Shown: in pieces, positions 26,180 to 39,499 of the stretch
Numbering within the stretch: the stretch's first letter is position 1
Layout: every line of letters starts with the position of its first letter
Assembly (NCBI RefSeq): GCF_963921235.1
Contig: NC_086108.1
Location: 49,478,001 to 49,542,000, forward strand
Reading direction: 5' to 3'
DNA: 64,000 nt
Origin: Mobula hypostoma
Taxonomy: Eukaryota
Translations under genes and position numbers: made by a program
Notes under the pieces: model-generated
What the model was told of the DNA's origin: nothing
The model's input: only the letters and a program-made list of their open reading frames with translations
Database searches by the model: none

Positions 26180-26840
26180 TATACGAATTGTAAATAAGAC
26201 AAGTTATTATGAGCCAACCATTTCACTATTTATTCAACTAAACGTTTTAAAATTCAGAGATTTTGTAGATTTTATAAAACAATTTATATATGAAGTAAAA
26301 AATGGACAGCTACCACAAAGTATCCAAAGGTTGTTTAATATGAGAGAAAGTCAACATGATTTGAGAGGAACTTGTATATTTCAAACACAAAGGATAAGAA
26401 CAAATGTAAAAAATCATTGTATTTCAGTCAGAGGGGTGAATCTATGGAACAGTTGTAGTGAGAAATTAAAAACATGCACCACACTTAACAAGTTCAAAAA
26501 ATTATTTAAAAATAATTTAATGAACAAATATAGAATACATGATTTAAAATGAATGGGAGTAATGTAAATAAATCATACTTGGAATTGGATTTTGTGTTAA
26601 AAGATTATGAAATTTTTTGTTTTGATGGGATGATTGACACCAAATATGTTGTTGTATAAGTAAGAGGGGTAGGCGTAATAAGCTGTAGCTTCAGCCGACA
26701 CCCTTTCGGTCTGTTTTAAAGAATATCTATGTTTTTTGTTGTAATTTTGTCCTATGAAATCATCGTTATGAAGTCATTGTTGAAAATGATGCTTTTTTTA
26801 TCTTTGTACTGACCGAAATAAATTTCATTCATTCATTCAT
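26180..26840 (+). mobile_element. L2/Crack-like LINE 3' end with (TTCA)n tail
   Basis: ORF 26331-26552 HDLRGTCIF..RIRTNVKNHCISVRGVNLWNS..IKTC-like C-terminus; aataaa followed by ttcattcattcattcat. Confidence 0.7.
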
Positions 26841-27299
26841 ATATCAGTGATAATAATCCTGATACTGATTCTGCCTCTTAGAGATTACAGAAAAAATTAC
26901 AGAAAATGATGGAAATCCAAATTAAATTGAATGAAAATTCACATCTGGAATGCTAATCTGTTACAGTATCCTCAGCTGTTAACTGACCTGTTCAGAGCTT
27001 CCAACATTCTGTGCCAAGATACTTTAAAATAAATTAAACTTTAAACCCAGAATATGCAGATCGACATCCGAATTGTCGCTGAGTTAGAAAACAAATATGT
27101 ACTAGGTAAAGCAGATTTACTGCAATCTCTCCATTCCAGCTTCTCAGACCTATTTGTAGCAGACTCACATTTGAATTGGAACATTGTGGGTTCATACCAC
27201 TTCTGAAGATTTAAGCTGATAAACATTGCAGTATTAAGGGTGTGCTACGCTATGAGAGGTGCTGTTCTGCAGGTGAGTAATCATACAGCTGTCCTATTT

Positions 27300-27802
27300 G
27301 GCAATACAGGTGAAATCCCTCACCAGCATTGAGAACATGTACAAGGAGCACTGCCACAAGAAAGCAGCATCCATCATCAAGGACCCACACCATTCATTCC
27401 ATGCTCTCTTCTCACTGTTGCCATCGGGAATGAGGTACAGGGGCCTCAGGACCCACACCACCAGGTTCGGGAACAGTTCAACTATCAAGCTCCTAAACCA
27501 GCATGGATAACTTCACTCACCTCAACACTCAATTGATTCCACAACCTATGGATCTACTTTCAAGGACTTAGCAAATCATATTCTCAGTATTATTTATTTA
27601 CTATTTATGTATTATTATTTGTTTTATTATATTTACACACTTTGTCTTCTTTTGCATATTGGTTGTCAGTCTTTGTGTGTAATTTTTCATTAATTCTATT
27701 GTATTTCTTTGTGCTACTATGAATGCCCACAAGAAAATAAATCTCAGCATAGCATATGGTGACATATACATACCTGATAATAACGTTTCTTTGAACTTTG
27801 AA
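27300..27802 (+). mobile_element. Rex1/Babar LINE 3' end
   Basis: HCHKKAASIIKDPHHSFHALFSLLPSGMRYRGLRTHTTRFGNS; (ctttgaa)n tail. Confidence 0.85.
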
Positions 27803-28107
27803 GATCCAGTTGTGGTATTTCAAAGTGCAGCAGAGTTCTCCTGCTACCAGGGTCAATGTACGTTCTGCTGCAAACATAATTGGAAATAGATTAACTGGCC
27901 TTGATCCTTTATCTGTGGGACTTTGCTCTGCATAAACAGCACATTTTTGCGGCAGTACTAAATCTCAAATTTGCTTTATTAACCAAAAGGAGCTTTGGAA
28001 TACGGAAGGTGCAGGATCAATACAAGTTCTTTCTGTCACAGCAGGAGCTCCCTCATGCACTTTTGCTGTCCTGGTCTTGAGTTACCATGTTCTTCCAAAG
28101 TGCATCG

Positions 28108-29532
28108 ATGTTAAGGATAAGGTTTCAGGGTACTTGGAGATGTAGGATAAAGTAGACTAAAGACAGCATGGTTTCCCTGAGGGGAAATCTGGCTTGACAA
28201 ATCTGTTAGAATTCTTTGAGGAAATAACAGGCAGGATAGACAAAGGAGAGTCAGTGGATGTTGTTTACTTGGATGTTCAGAAGGACTTTGACAAAGTTCC
28301 TCATATGAGGCTGCTATACAAGATAAGCTATCTTACAGGAAAGATACTAGCATGGATAGAAGATTGGCAGACTGGCAGGAGGCAAAAATATTAAGAATAA
28401 AGGGAGACTTTACTGGTTGGCTGCCGGTGGCTAGTGATGTTTTGCAGCGGTTGGGATCGGGACAGCTTCTTTTCACGTTATATCTCAATGACTGGATGAT
28501 GAAATTGATGGCTTTGTGGCTAGGTTTGAAGATGATGCAAAGATAGGTGGAGAGGCAAGAAGTTTTGAGGAAGCAGGGAGTCTGCAGATTGGGAGAAGTG
28601 GCATATGGGATATAGTGTAGAGAAGTGTATGGTCATTAGCTTGGATAGAAGATTGGCAGATTGGCAGACTGGCAGGAGGCAAAGAGTGGCAATAAAGGGT
28701 GTCTTTTCCACTTGGCTGTCAGTGACTAGTGGTGTTCCACAGGATCAGTGTTGGGACCGATTCTTTTCAAGTTATATATGAAAAATGTGAAAAATAAAGA
28801 CATAAACTATTTTCTAAATAGGGAGAAAATTCACAAGAGATGCAAAGGGAATTGTGAGTGCTTATGCAGGGCTCCCTAAAGGTTAACCTGTGGGTTGAAT
28901 CAGTGGTAAGGAAGCCAAATGCAATGTTAGCATTCATTTCAAGAGGACTACAATATAAAACAAGGATGTAATGCTGAGGCTTTAAAGGCATTGGTCAGGT
29001 CAGAGTATGGAGTATTATGAGCAGTTTTTGCCCCCTTATCAAAGAAGAAGTGTGCTGGCATTGGAGAGGATCTGGAGGAGGTTCATGAGAGTGATTCCGG
29101 GAATGAATGGGTTAATGTCTGAGGGGTATTTGATGGCTCTGGATCTATTCTCACTGGGTTTAGAAGAATGAGTGAGGTGGGGGGGGGGGATCTCGTTGAA
29201 AACTATTGAATATTGAAAGACCTAGATAGAGTGGAGATGGAGACGGTGTTTCCGATAGTGGGGGAGTCTTGAACCAGAGGACACAGCCTCAGAGTAGAGT
29301 GACATCCATTTACAACAAAGAGGAGGAGAAATTTCTTTACCCAAAGGGTGGTGAATCTATGGAATTCATTGCAACAGATGGCTGCGGAGGCCAAGTCATT
29401 GAGTATATTTAAAGCACGAGTTGATAGTTTCTTGATTTGTAAAGACATCAAAGGTTACAGGGAGAAAACAGGAGAATGGGGTTGAGCGGGGGGATAATAA
29501 ATCAGCCATGATGGAATAGCAGAGCGGACTTA
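28108..29532 (+). mobile_element. CR1 ORF2 RT/3' fragment with internal duplication and deletion
   Basis: TNLLEFFEEITGRIDKGESVDVVYLD; segment 28348-28480 is repeated at 28637-28775. Confidence 0.85.
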
Positions 29533-29534
29533 GC

Positions 29535-31615
29535 ATAGACACATAGACATAGAAACCTAGAAAACATACAGCACAATACAGGCCCTTTAGCCCACATTTA
29601 CTCACTTTAGAAATTACCTAGGGTTACCCATAGCTCTCTATTTTTTTAAGCTCCATGTACCTATCCAAGAAACTCTTAAAAGACCCTATTGTATCTGCCT
29701 CCACCACTGCAGCTGGCAGCCCATTCCACACACTCACCACTCTCTGCATTAAAAACTTACCCCTGACATCTCCTTCCAAGCACCTTAAAACTGTGCCCTC
29801 TTGAATTAGCCATTTCAGCCCTGGGAAAAAGCCTCTGACTATCCACATGATCAATGCCTCTCATCATCTTATACACCTCTATCAGGTCACCTCTCATCCT
29901 CCGTCACTCCAAGGAGAAAAGGCCAAGTTCACTCAATCTATTTTCATAAGACATGCTCCCCAATCCAGGCAACATCCTTGTAAATCTCCTCTGCACCCTT
30001 TCTACAGTATCCACATCATTCCTATAGTGAGGCAACCAGAACTGAATATAATGCTCCAAGTGGGGTCTGACCAAGGTCTTATATAGCTGTAATGTCCCCT
30101 CACGGGTACAAAGGCTGTTGAAAATCTAGTCAAGAAAAAAAGAAAAGCTTACGAAAGTTTCAAAAAACTAGGTAATAATATAGATCTAGAAAATTATAAG
30201 GCTAGCAGGAAGGAACTTAAGAATGAAATTAGAAGAGCCAGAAGGGGCCATGAGAAGACCTAGGCGAGCAGGATTAAGGAAAACCCCAAGGCATTCTACA
30301 AGTATGTGAAGAGCAAGAGGATAAGATGTGAGAGAATAGGACCAATCAAGTGTGACAGTGAAGAAATGTGTATGAAACCGGAGGAGATAGCAGAGGTACT
30401 TAATGAATACTTTTCAGTATTCACCATGGAAAAGGACCTTGGTAATTGTAGGGATGACTTACAGTGGATTGAAAAGCTTGAGCATATGGACATTAAGAAA
30501 GCTGATGTGCTGGAGCTTTTGGCCCCCACCTCTTTTGCCTCCCTCCCTGTCCTTTCTGAAACACCTAAGGCCAGGCACTCAAAGTAGCCATTCCTGTCCC
30601 TGAACCATCCAAGTCTCTGAAATAGCCACAACGTCAAAGGTCCAAGTATTGATACACGCTCTAAGCTCATGCACTTTGTTCATGATACTCCTCACATTAA
30701 AATAGACACATCTCAAACCATCGGTCTGAGCGCATCCCTTCTCTATCACCTGCCTATCCTCCCTCTCACACTGTCTCCAAGCTTTCTCTATTTGTGAGCC
30801 AACCACCTGCTTCCTTTGTCTCTTCTGTTCAGTTCCAACCCCGCAGCAATTCTAGTTCAAACTCTCCCCAATGGCCTTAGCAAACCTTCCTGCCAGGATA
30901 TTGGTCCTCCTCGGATTCAAGTGCAACCTGTCCTTTTTGTACAGGTCCCACCTGCCCCAAAGGAGGTCCCAATGATCCAGAAATCAGAATCCCTGCCCCC
31001 TGCTCCAATTCCTCAGCTACTCATTTATCCTCCAACTCATTCTATTCCTATACTCACTGATACATGGCACAGGCAGTAATCCCAAGATTACTGTCTTTGA
31101 GGTCCTGCTTCTCAACTTCCTTCCTAACTCTCTGTAGTCTGTTTTCAGGACCTCCTCCTTTTTTCTACCTACGTTGTTGGTACCAATATGTACCACGACC
31201 TCTGGCTGTTCTCCTTCCCACTTCAGGATATTTTGGACGCGATCAGAAACATCCCAGACCCTGGCACCTGGGATGCAAACTTCCATCCGTGCTTGTTTCC
31301 TGCATCCACAGAATCAACTGCTTGACCTCCTAACTATAGAGTCCCCTATCACTGCTGCCATGCTCTTCCTTTCCCTACCCTTCTGAGCCATAGGGCCAGA
31401 CTCTGTGCCAGAGGTTTGACCACTGTTGCTTCCCCCAAGCAGTTGCCCCCCCCCAACAGAGTACTTATTGTTAAGGGGGACAGCCACAGGGGTACCCTCT
31501 AATATCTGACTCTTGCCCTTCCCTCTCCTGACTGTATCCCACTTATCTGCGTCCCAAGGCCTCAGTGTGACTACTTGCCCATAGCTCCTCTCTATCACCT
31601 CCTCACTTCCCCCTC
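29535..31615 (-). mobile_element. CR1 element with inverted middle segment (ORF1 esterase + EN start on -, about 30100-30522 on +, 3' end on -)
   Basis: AVIGDSIVR and VVVHIGTNNVGRK (SGNH esterase) on -; YFNVRSIMNK..AISETWM on -; KSKRIRCERIGPIK..EVLNEYFS on +; 3' end with (acatag)n tail at 29535-29560. Confidence 0.85.
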
Positions 31616-32449
31616 TTGATGGGCTGAATGGCTTAATTCTGCCCCTGTGCCTTATGGTCTTACACAAATTGTGATTTGATCCAGGAGCCAAAATGTTTAA
31701 AATCACATTGAACTGGTATTTTATGGAACTTTGGAAAAAATGGAAGCAACTGACAGCTATTCAGCCCTTTGTTCCTGTTCCACCCTTTAAGATCAAAGTG
31801 GATCCTCTTCCCCATTGTCACTTTCCGTCACTAATTCCATATCAACCAAAAAACTACTTGTCACTATATCGAATGAACCCAGTGATTGAATTGCCATAAA
31901 TCTGATGGGTGGAGAATTCCAAAATTCATACTCTCCTCAGAGCGAAGAAACTTCTTCTAATCCTGAGTTCAAATGGCTGACCGTTTGCTCTGAGAATGGA
32001 GCACCCCAGCCTGGAGAAACATCATCCATGTGTCTGCCCTACAGAGCCCTAAGAGAATATCGTGCACTTCAAGGACATTGGCTACATTTAGCTGTTTTAA
32101 CCAAGAGGTGGCAGGCTTGTGCACTGCACAATCACATCGAGGCAGTGGAAAGGTAACTGCACCTCCTGCGTAGAATGAGAACAAATTTGGGCTGCACATT
32201 CAAAAAGCATTACCTGAACTATCAGGTTTAGGTCTGGTGCTGAAACCTTGGAGTTTTGAGGTTTGAATTCACAACCTTCTGATTCAGAGGCTCGGGTGCC
32301 ATTGTCCGAGCGTAAACTCCTGTGTTAATAATCATTCATGCCTTAGCGAACAAATCAGTAAGCACAGAACCAGACTCTTCTGTACCAAACATCCAGTTAT
32401 ATTAACACATTTCCCTCAACGTCCCTCAGATTGTATCAGCCACTCGCAC

Positions 32450-32635
32450 ACTTCTGACCATGGACAATCAGCTTACCAATGCACAAGTCTCTGGGGTGTG
32501 GAGGAAAACCAGAGCACCAAGAAGAAATCCACACACTCATCAGGAGAGCATGCGAACTCCTCGTAGACAGCCTGAGGTCAGGTTTGAACCCAGGTCCCTG
32601 AAGCTGTGTGTGATTGTGCCACACAGCTACGCCAC
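32450..32635 (-). mobile_element. HE1-like V-SINE (decayed)
   Basis: Reverse strand has gggttcaaacc B-box and V-domain ggagttcgcatgctctcc..gtggatttc..ggtgctctggttttcctcc. Confidence 0.7.
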
Positions 32636-33362
32636 ATGTTACGAGTTTAATGAATAAACTGATTTGTCTTCGAGAAACAGAGTGGCTAATAGAGTTAGGC
32701 GTGGGATGCGAACATATGTACTGGCATTAGCCCTTATATGGTCAGTTACTGTGCTGGAAGGTCTACATAAGTTATATTAGTTGATGTGATTGTGACCTGG
32801 ATTTCAATCCCAATCATGATGTTGCACAAGCTGGGGTCTCACAATTGATGTACTTTTCTGAGTAACATTTCCAATGTAAGCTTATGTCTGACAGTCCCTG
32901 AAATTGGGCACAAGGATTTTGAAGCCTCACTGCAACTGAGGGTCTCAGTTTAACCCGCAGGAACCGTTCTGATGACGTGACTAGTCCTGGTCCAGCAGAG
33001 AAGCCAATCTGCACTCGGAGCTGTGGCTGGGACAGGTGGTGGCAGCATCATAGATGACAAATAGCACATCAGATGAACAGTGAGCTCCACGATCTAAAGC
33101 TGTACTGGAAACCAAGGTAGAACAGGTGAAAATAGGTGCAAAAATGTGAAATTAACCTGTTTACAAATTCCCTCCGATATTTTCCCATTTGTTGTGAAAC
33201 TGGGGCTCAGGACATCGCAAGTTGAAGTGGATCCTCCTTCCCTGCATTGGGTTCCGTCAAAGGTGAGGGAACTTCTAGTTCCATCACATGGTGGACTTGA
33301 TGACCGCGAAGTACTATGACCAAAATGGTCTTGCCAGTTTGCATGTGGCCCAGACCACTGCA

Positions 33363-33797
33363 TGGATATTGCCGGGACTTGAGGACCAGGGTTACAGAGA
33401 AAGGTTGAAGAGAGTGGGACTTTATTCCCTGAAGCACAAAAAAATGAGGGGAGATTTTATAGAGGCATACAAAATTATGAGGGGAGAGGTTGGGAAGATT
33501 AGAACTGGAGGTCACAGATTTAGGGTGAAAGGTAAAATATTTAAGGGGAATTTGAGGTGAAGTATTTAAGGGGAATCTACTTCACTTAGAGGGTGGTGCC
33601 AATGTTGAATAAGTTGCCAGTGGAAGTGGTAGATGCGGATTCAATTGTAACATTTGAGAGCTTGGATAGGTACATGAATGAGCGAGATATGAAGGGATAT
33701 GCTCTGGGTGCAGGTAGCTGGGACTAGGCAAAAAACTGGGCTAGCATGGACTGGATGGGCTGAGGAGCCTGTTTTGTGCTGTAATACCTGTGACTCG
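33363..33797 (+). mobile_element. CR1 LINE 3' end
   Basis: ILPGLEDQGYRERLKRVGLYSL..MRGDFIEAYKIMRG..RTGGHRFRVKG followed by a CR1 3' UTR. Confidence 0.88.
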
Positions 33798-34307
33798 ATG
33801 ACTAACTGGTACAGGAGAGGTGTGATCAGAGAACTTAATGCATTCTGTTATTGCTTTTCCCTTACACTGCTTCAATCTACTGATGCAATGAAACTGTCTG
33901 TATGAATGGCATGCAAAAGAAAGTTTTTCATTATACATCGTGTCTGATGAAGTCAAACTCATTTCTCCCATACTAATCTGGTAGTTAGGAGAAATGAGTC
34001 TAATTTCATCGGAAATGGTCACAATACTGGGGAACTGTTCTGTTGAATTGGGCTTTTCTTGAATTTGGCTGGTACCGTGTCTGAGTGAATCAAATAACCA
34101 GAGGTACTGGTATGGTTTTAAATTGAATACTGTGTTGGGGGAGGTAGGAGTAAGGAGTTTTATAAAATTAAGATTTTTTTGGATCCACAGGCAGAGGCAG
34201 TAGTGAAGGAATATTTCAGACCTGCTATTTGTTAGGTGAATTGACTACGGTAAAATGATTCCCTTTGTGGACGAGTGCCAGGAGAATCAGGGTGATGTGT
34301 GAGGGCA

Positions 34308-35190
34308 AACACAAGCAAATCTGCAGATGCTGGAAATTCAAGCAACACACACAAAATGCTGGTGAATGCAGCAGGTCAAGCAGCATCTATAGGAAGAGGT
34401 GCAGACGACGTTTTGGGCCGAGAACCTTCGTCAGGACTAATTGAAAGAAGAGATAGTAAGAGATTTGAAAGTGGCGGGGGGGGGGAGATCTGAAATGATA
34501 GGAGAAGACAGGAGGGGGAGGGATGGAGATAAGAGCTGGACAGGTGATTGGCAAAAGGGATACAAGGCTGGAGAAGGGAGAGAATCATGGGATGGGAGGC
34601 CTAGGGAGAGAGAAAGGGGGAGGGGAGCCCAGAGGAAGATGGGGAGCAGGCAAAGAGTTATAGTGAGAAGGACAGAGAGAGAAAAAAAGGGGGAAAAAAT
34701 AATAATAAACAAATAAATAAGGGATGGGGTAAGAAGGGGAGGAGGGGCATTAACGGAGGTTAGAGAAGTCAATGTTCATGTTATCAGGTTGGAGGCTACC
34801 CAGATGGAATATAAGTTGGAATTGTTCCTCCAACCTGAATGTGGCTTCATCTTGACAGTAGAGGAGGCCGTGGATAGACATATCAGAATGGGAATGGGAC
34901 GTGAAATTAAAATGTGTGGCCGCTGGGAGATCCTGCTTTCTCTGGCGGACAGAGCATAGGTGTTCAGCGAAACGGTCTACCAACCTGCGTCGGGTCTCGC
35001 CAATATATAAAAGGCCGCACCGGGAGCACTGGATGCAGTATATTACCCCAGCTGACTCACAGGTGAAGTGTCGCCTCACCTGGAAGGACTATCTGGGGCC
35101 CTGAATGGTGGTGTGGGAGGAAGTGTAAGGGCATGTGTAACACTTGTTCTGCTTACAAGGATAAGTGCCGGGAGGGAGGTCGGTGGGAAT
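34308..35190 (-). mobile_element. Penelope-like element, 5'-truncated, with GIY-YIG endonuclease and pLTR
   Basis: GIY-YIG ORF plus a pyrimidine-rich 3' region and a hammerhead-like motif at 34401-34440 (GAAA mutated to AAAA). Confidence 0.9.
34750..35079 (-). pseudogene. Penelope GIY-YIG endonuclease domain (truncated ORF)
   Basis: FTCESAGVIYCIQCSRCGLLYIGETRRRLVDRFAEH...ATHFN..SHS...RLEEQ..LIFHLGSLQPDNMNIDF. Confidence 0.9.
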
Positions 35191-35546
35191 AGGTTACAGA
35201 GGGCACATGGCAGAGAATGAAAGATCTTGAGCTAGCATAGACTCGATGGACTAAATGGTCTCCTTCTCTGTTGTAATATATGAAAATTCCAAGAAATTGT
35301 CTAGAGTGTGGCTAAAAGAAAGCAGTAAATCTGAAGATTAAGGAAATATCAGTATTCAGCAAAGGAGGACCCAGGAATTGATAAGGGAATAAAAAGCAGA
35401 AGAAGATGGCAGACCCAAAGACCCTAGCGTAAGAGTTTTGCACAGTACTGTAGTTGACAAGCTTCCATGAACTAAACAACTTCGTTAAAGTTGCTTGTTT
35501 TAAAACAAGCCTTTACACTGCACCTCTTAAGCAGTAATAAACCAGG

Positions 35547-35655
35547 ATTATAGATCAATCCTGAGGAAAGGGTTCGGCTCGAAACGGTGACTGTTTGTTC
35601 TTTTCCATTGATGCTGTCTGACCTGCTGAGTTCCTCCAGTACTTTGTGTCAGTTA
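35547..35655 (+). mobile_element. Solo Penelope pLTR/hammerhead fragment with TSD
   Basis: 12-bp TSD taataaaccagg at 35535-35546 and 35656-35667; degenerate core CTGAGGA...GAAACGGT. Confidence 0.75.
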
Positions 35656-37773
35656 TAATAAACCAGGTATTGAGGGTTACATCCTACTCTACAGACAGAG
35701 CATCTGCTATCTACGGAGTCTTTATACAAAGCTGCACTATGGACAATACTTTGTTTTAACTTCAAACGTGATTACTGCTTGCCATTTACATTTTAAGAAC
35801 TGAAGACTGGCTCCTGTTTATGACTAGGAGCTAAAAATGTCACTTGGAAATTTACTTCTGACCTTACAAGTGATGGCTGCTGTGTTTAGAAAGTGAACTT
35901 GGCAAAACATGAGGTCCCCTGGCCCTTTGCACTGGGATCTCATAAATTGAATAAATAACACCTGCATGACTCACTATCATTATAAATTTAAATCTGGCCC
36001 AATGGATTAAAGTCCAGAGCTGATTTCACCCTCGTCTACTGCATACTTCATTTGTAATGTAATACAAATTACAGACTGGGAACTTATCGGAAGTTACACA
36101 ATGTCTGCGAATTTCCTTTCATGTAATCTATCTGCTGACATGCAAGTGGACAGAGACATGCTCTGCAGATGGCACTGTCACACATTGCAGAAGACAACCT
36201 ACTTCACCAGGCCCTAGGCAGTGAAATTTCACGCTGGGAACTAAATCTCACTGGAGCTCCTGTAAATAATATACTCACATGCCTCACACTCAGAGCACAC
36301 ATTCCACTACTGTTCATGACCCTTACCCCTGCTGTCCCTAATATCCCCCACCTGACCATGCCCCTCTCCACCACCCATCTTTTGACCTACCAATCTGCCA
36401 ACTCTGTCTCCTATAACAAGCACTTCATGGCTCCTGACAGCCAACATTCAACCAAATCTAACAGATCTCACCAACCTGCCTGTCTTTCTCCCAATGTATT
36501 ACCAGATTCCTTTACCAAAAATCCTGGGCTCAAACCCACCACTCATTCCAAGTTTTTTACCTTAAGCCCTAGGAACTCTCTTTCCATCAAATCACTCCAC
36601 TCCTGTTCTAGAGCTATCCAACTTGCCAATTTCTTTTGCCTGTTTGACTTGGTGAAGCACACAAAGGAAGGTTGAATGTCCTTTCCTAACACAAGACATG
36701 ATCAACACCACATGATAAACTGCACCTTGTATATTAATAAAATTTATTAACAACTATTGATAACTATATGACTATTGACCGAAGCCCCACTATGCACTAA
36801 CACTTTAATCACATCTAAACAGAGCAATTACATTTCTGGACAACTATTACCCTGCTTGCCAACTGTTGAAGATGCCAATGGATTTTAACACAAACCACTG
36901 AATGATCTTTACAATGTTTACAGATCAGACCTGTGTGACTTCAACCCAGAGCAAAAAGGAGCCACCTATGTTGTTCGTGTTATTTTAGAGTTCAACAGTT
37001 AAACTTCTCATGTTGAAACAAAATTGAGGTTGGTTTAAACCAACACGGCACTCCTTTCTGGACAGCTGTTCAAATAGAAGCTTTTGATCTTAGGAGAGTG
37101 CATTTTAGGGGCTGCAACTGAAACAGTGAGAGGATGACACAGCTAGTTAGCACTCACTGTTTCCTGTGAACAGCTTTTTAGTTGTGTTCTATTAGGTGAC
37201 CTGAAGACGTTTTTAGAAAAGCAGATACTTTTAAGTAAGGCACCTCCCAATATTTACAGCTAACCTTGAAAAGATACATGTCATCTGCGTGGGCAAGTGA
37301 CAGAAAATGGAAGTTTACTTCAGACAGAAAAAATAGAGAGAGTTCATCCAAGTTCTCAGTACCCCTACCAGCCCAGCCTGTCCATCACACGTGAAGATGA
37401 CAGACTGAAGAATGATTCCAATCTGCAACAAAGCATATTTACCTCATGTTTACTGCTCAGCTCTTGTTAGAGTTCCTTCAAATATCATGTGGATTATTAA
37501 AACACTGGAAATAGTTAGGCAGATTATTTCAGCCCGCATATTATCATAACTTGTATTGTGTAGATACTGTTCTCAATCTTAGTACTTTGACCGGGGCTTG
37601 AGAATACACTCACTCAGTGGACTGCATTTTGGGAGGGTGAATCAGAGGTTTATCTTAATCAAAGCTGTCAATTAGTCATGCCAGAGTTATCTGTTGCAAG
37701 ATTTTTGCACTATCTATTCTGTTTTATTTCTTACATCCTACACAAACATGAGGAGTAAAAATCTTTATGTTAC

Positions 37774-38293
37774 ATAGAAACATAGAAAAACGACAGCACA
37801 ATACAGGCCCTCCATCCACAATTCTGTGCCGAACATGTACTTACTTTAGAAATTACCTAAGGTTACCCATAGCCCTCTGTTTTTCTGAGCTGCATGTACC
37901 TGTCCAGGAGTCTCTTAAAAGACCCTATCGTATCCACCTCCACCACCATTGCTGGCAGCCCATTCCATGCACTCACCACTCTCTGTGTAAAAAACTTACT
38001 CCTGACATCTCGCAAACACAAGGAATTCTGCAGATGCTGGAAATTCAAGCAACACACACGTTTCGGGCCAAGACCCTTCGTCATATCCTGACGAAGGGTC
38101 TCGGCCCAAAACGTCAACTGTACCTCTTCCTAGAGATGCTGCCTGGCCTGCTGCATTCACCAGCAACCTTGATGTGTGTCCCCTGACATCTCCTCTGTAC
38201 CTACTTCCAAGCACCTTAAAACTGTGTCCTCCCTTGTTAGCCATTTCAGCCATGGGAAGAAGCCTCTGACTATCCACACGATCAATGCCTCAA
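37774..38293 (-). mobile_element. CR1 3' end inserted in a Rex1 tail
   Basis: (acatagaa)n tail; 7-bp TSD atgttac at 37767-37773 and 38294-38300; same family as 29535-29870. Confidence 0.85.
38012..38181. mobile_element. Penelope pLTR/hammerhead cassette with two inverted motifs
   Basis: 11-bp TSD cctgacatctc at 38001-38011 and 38182-38192; cores at about 38059-38085 (-) and 38087-38120 (+). Confidence 0.85.
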
Positions 38294-39499
38294 ATGTTAC
38301 GTCTCCGTCTGAACGTGCAATGTTTAATTTATAGCAATTTGTAATAAATAGTATAGACAATAAGATATAAAACAGAACAGTCAATACAACTTAGAAATAC
38401 AATTGTGTCAGCATGAATTAATCAGGGGTCCAGGAGCCTGTTGGTCCTGGCTTTAATGCTGTGGTACCGTGTTCTGGATGGTAGCAGCTGGAACAGTTTA
38501 TAGTTGGGGTGACTCAGGTTGCCAATGATCCTTTGGGCCTTTTTATGCACCTGTCACTGTAAATGCTCTGAATAGTGGGAAGTTCACATCCACTGATGCG
38601 CTGGGCTGTCCACACCACTCTCTGCAGAGTCCTGTGATTGAGGGAAGTACAATTCTCATACCAGGCCGTGATGCAGCCAGTCAGGATGCTCTCAATTGTG
38701 CCCCTGTAGAAAGCCCTTGGGTTTTGGGGACTCATGCCAAACTTCTTCAACCATCTGAGGTGAAAGAGGTGCTGTTGTGCTTTTCTCACCACACAGTTGG
38801 TATGTACAGACCAAATGAGGTCCTCGGTGATGTGTATGCCGAGGAACTTAAAGCTGTTCACCCTCTCAACCCCAGATCCGTTGTTATCAGTAGGGATTAG
38901 CCTGTCTCCGTTCCTCCTGTAGTCCACAACCAGCTCCTTAGTTTTTGTGACGTTGAGTGAGAGGTTGTTTTCTTGACACCACCACTGTGTCAGGGTGAAG
39001 ACTTCCTCTCTGTTGGCTGCCTCGTTATTATTGGAGATAAGGCCAATCAATGTAGTATCATCTGAAAATTTAATTAGTAGATTAATTAGTAAATTGTGTA
39101 GAAAGAAACAAAGCTAATGTTATTGGTCAATGACTTTTCATGAAAACTGAGAGAAGTTAAAAACCAAATATGTTTTAAGTTTCAGTAAACGGAGAGAGGA
39201 TGCAGAGAAAAGTTTAGATTTGTTCTGAAAAGAGATATTGGGCTCATTGTTAAAATCAGAGCATCTATTGATAACATGGAGTTAGCCTATTTATTGAAGG
39301 TAAGACATAACCAGCTCAGTAAAATTGTCTAAGGTACTGCGAACAAAGCCAATCGGTTCAAAGTCAGAGAATCTTTTTGACGGCATTATTGTGGATAGCA
39401 ATCGCAATAACTTCTTCCAATAAAATGAAGGTAATTAGTCCAGAAAAAGAATCTTCAGTATCCTTACCAACAAACTGTAATTAGTAAGGATTTGTGATA

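Larger units (their letters stand above)
24960..26875 (+). mobile_element. Rex1/Babar LINE fragment hosting an RTE-related SINE and an L2/Crack-like LINE
   Basis: RT/C-terminal motifs (KFINDSTVIARISDGD..LNVSKTRELIADF; RYGMSLKTLAYFYRCTAETILTVCITA); the 3' UTR resumes at about 26086 and 26841. Confidence 0.75.
37735..39072 (-). mobile_element. Rex1/Babar LINE 3' portion hosting a nested CR1 and Penelope cassette
   Basis: ORF 38514-39050 IGLISNNNE..REEV..WCQENNLSLNVTKTKELVVDYRR..FKFLGIHITEDL..KAQQHLFHLR..FYRGTIESILTGCITAWY. Confidence 0.9.

Noticed and set aside
33094..33363. Ser/Thr-rich ORF as a coding exon
   Set aside because: Weak donor (gttaat), and the only acceptor lies at the edge of an antisense CR1 insertion; no recognisable homology.
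36169..36675. 168-aa ORF
   Set aside because: Driven by a C-rich low-complexity tract that lacks stop codons; no domain.
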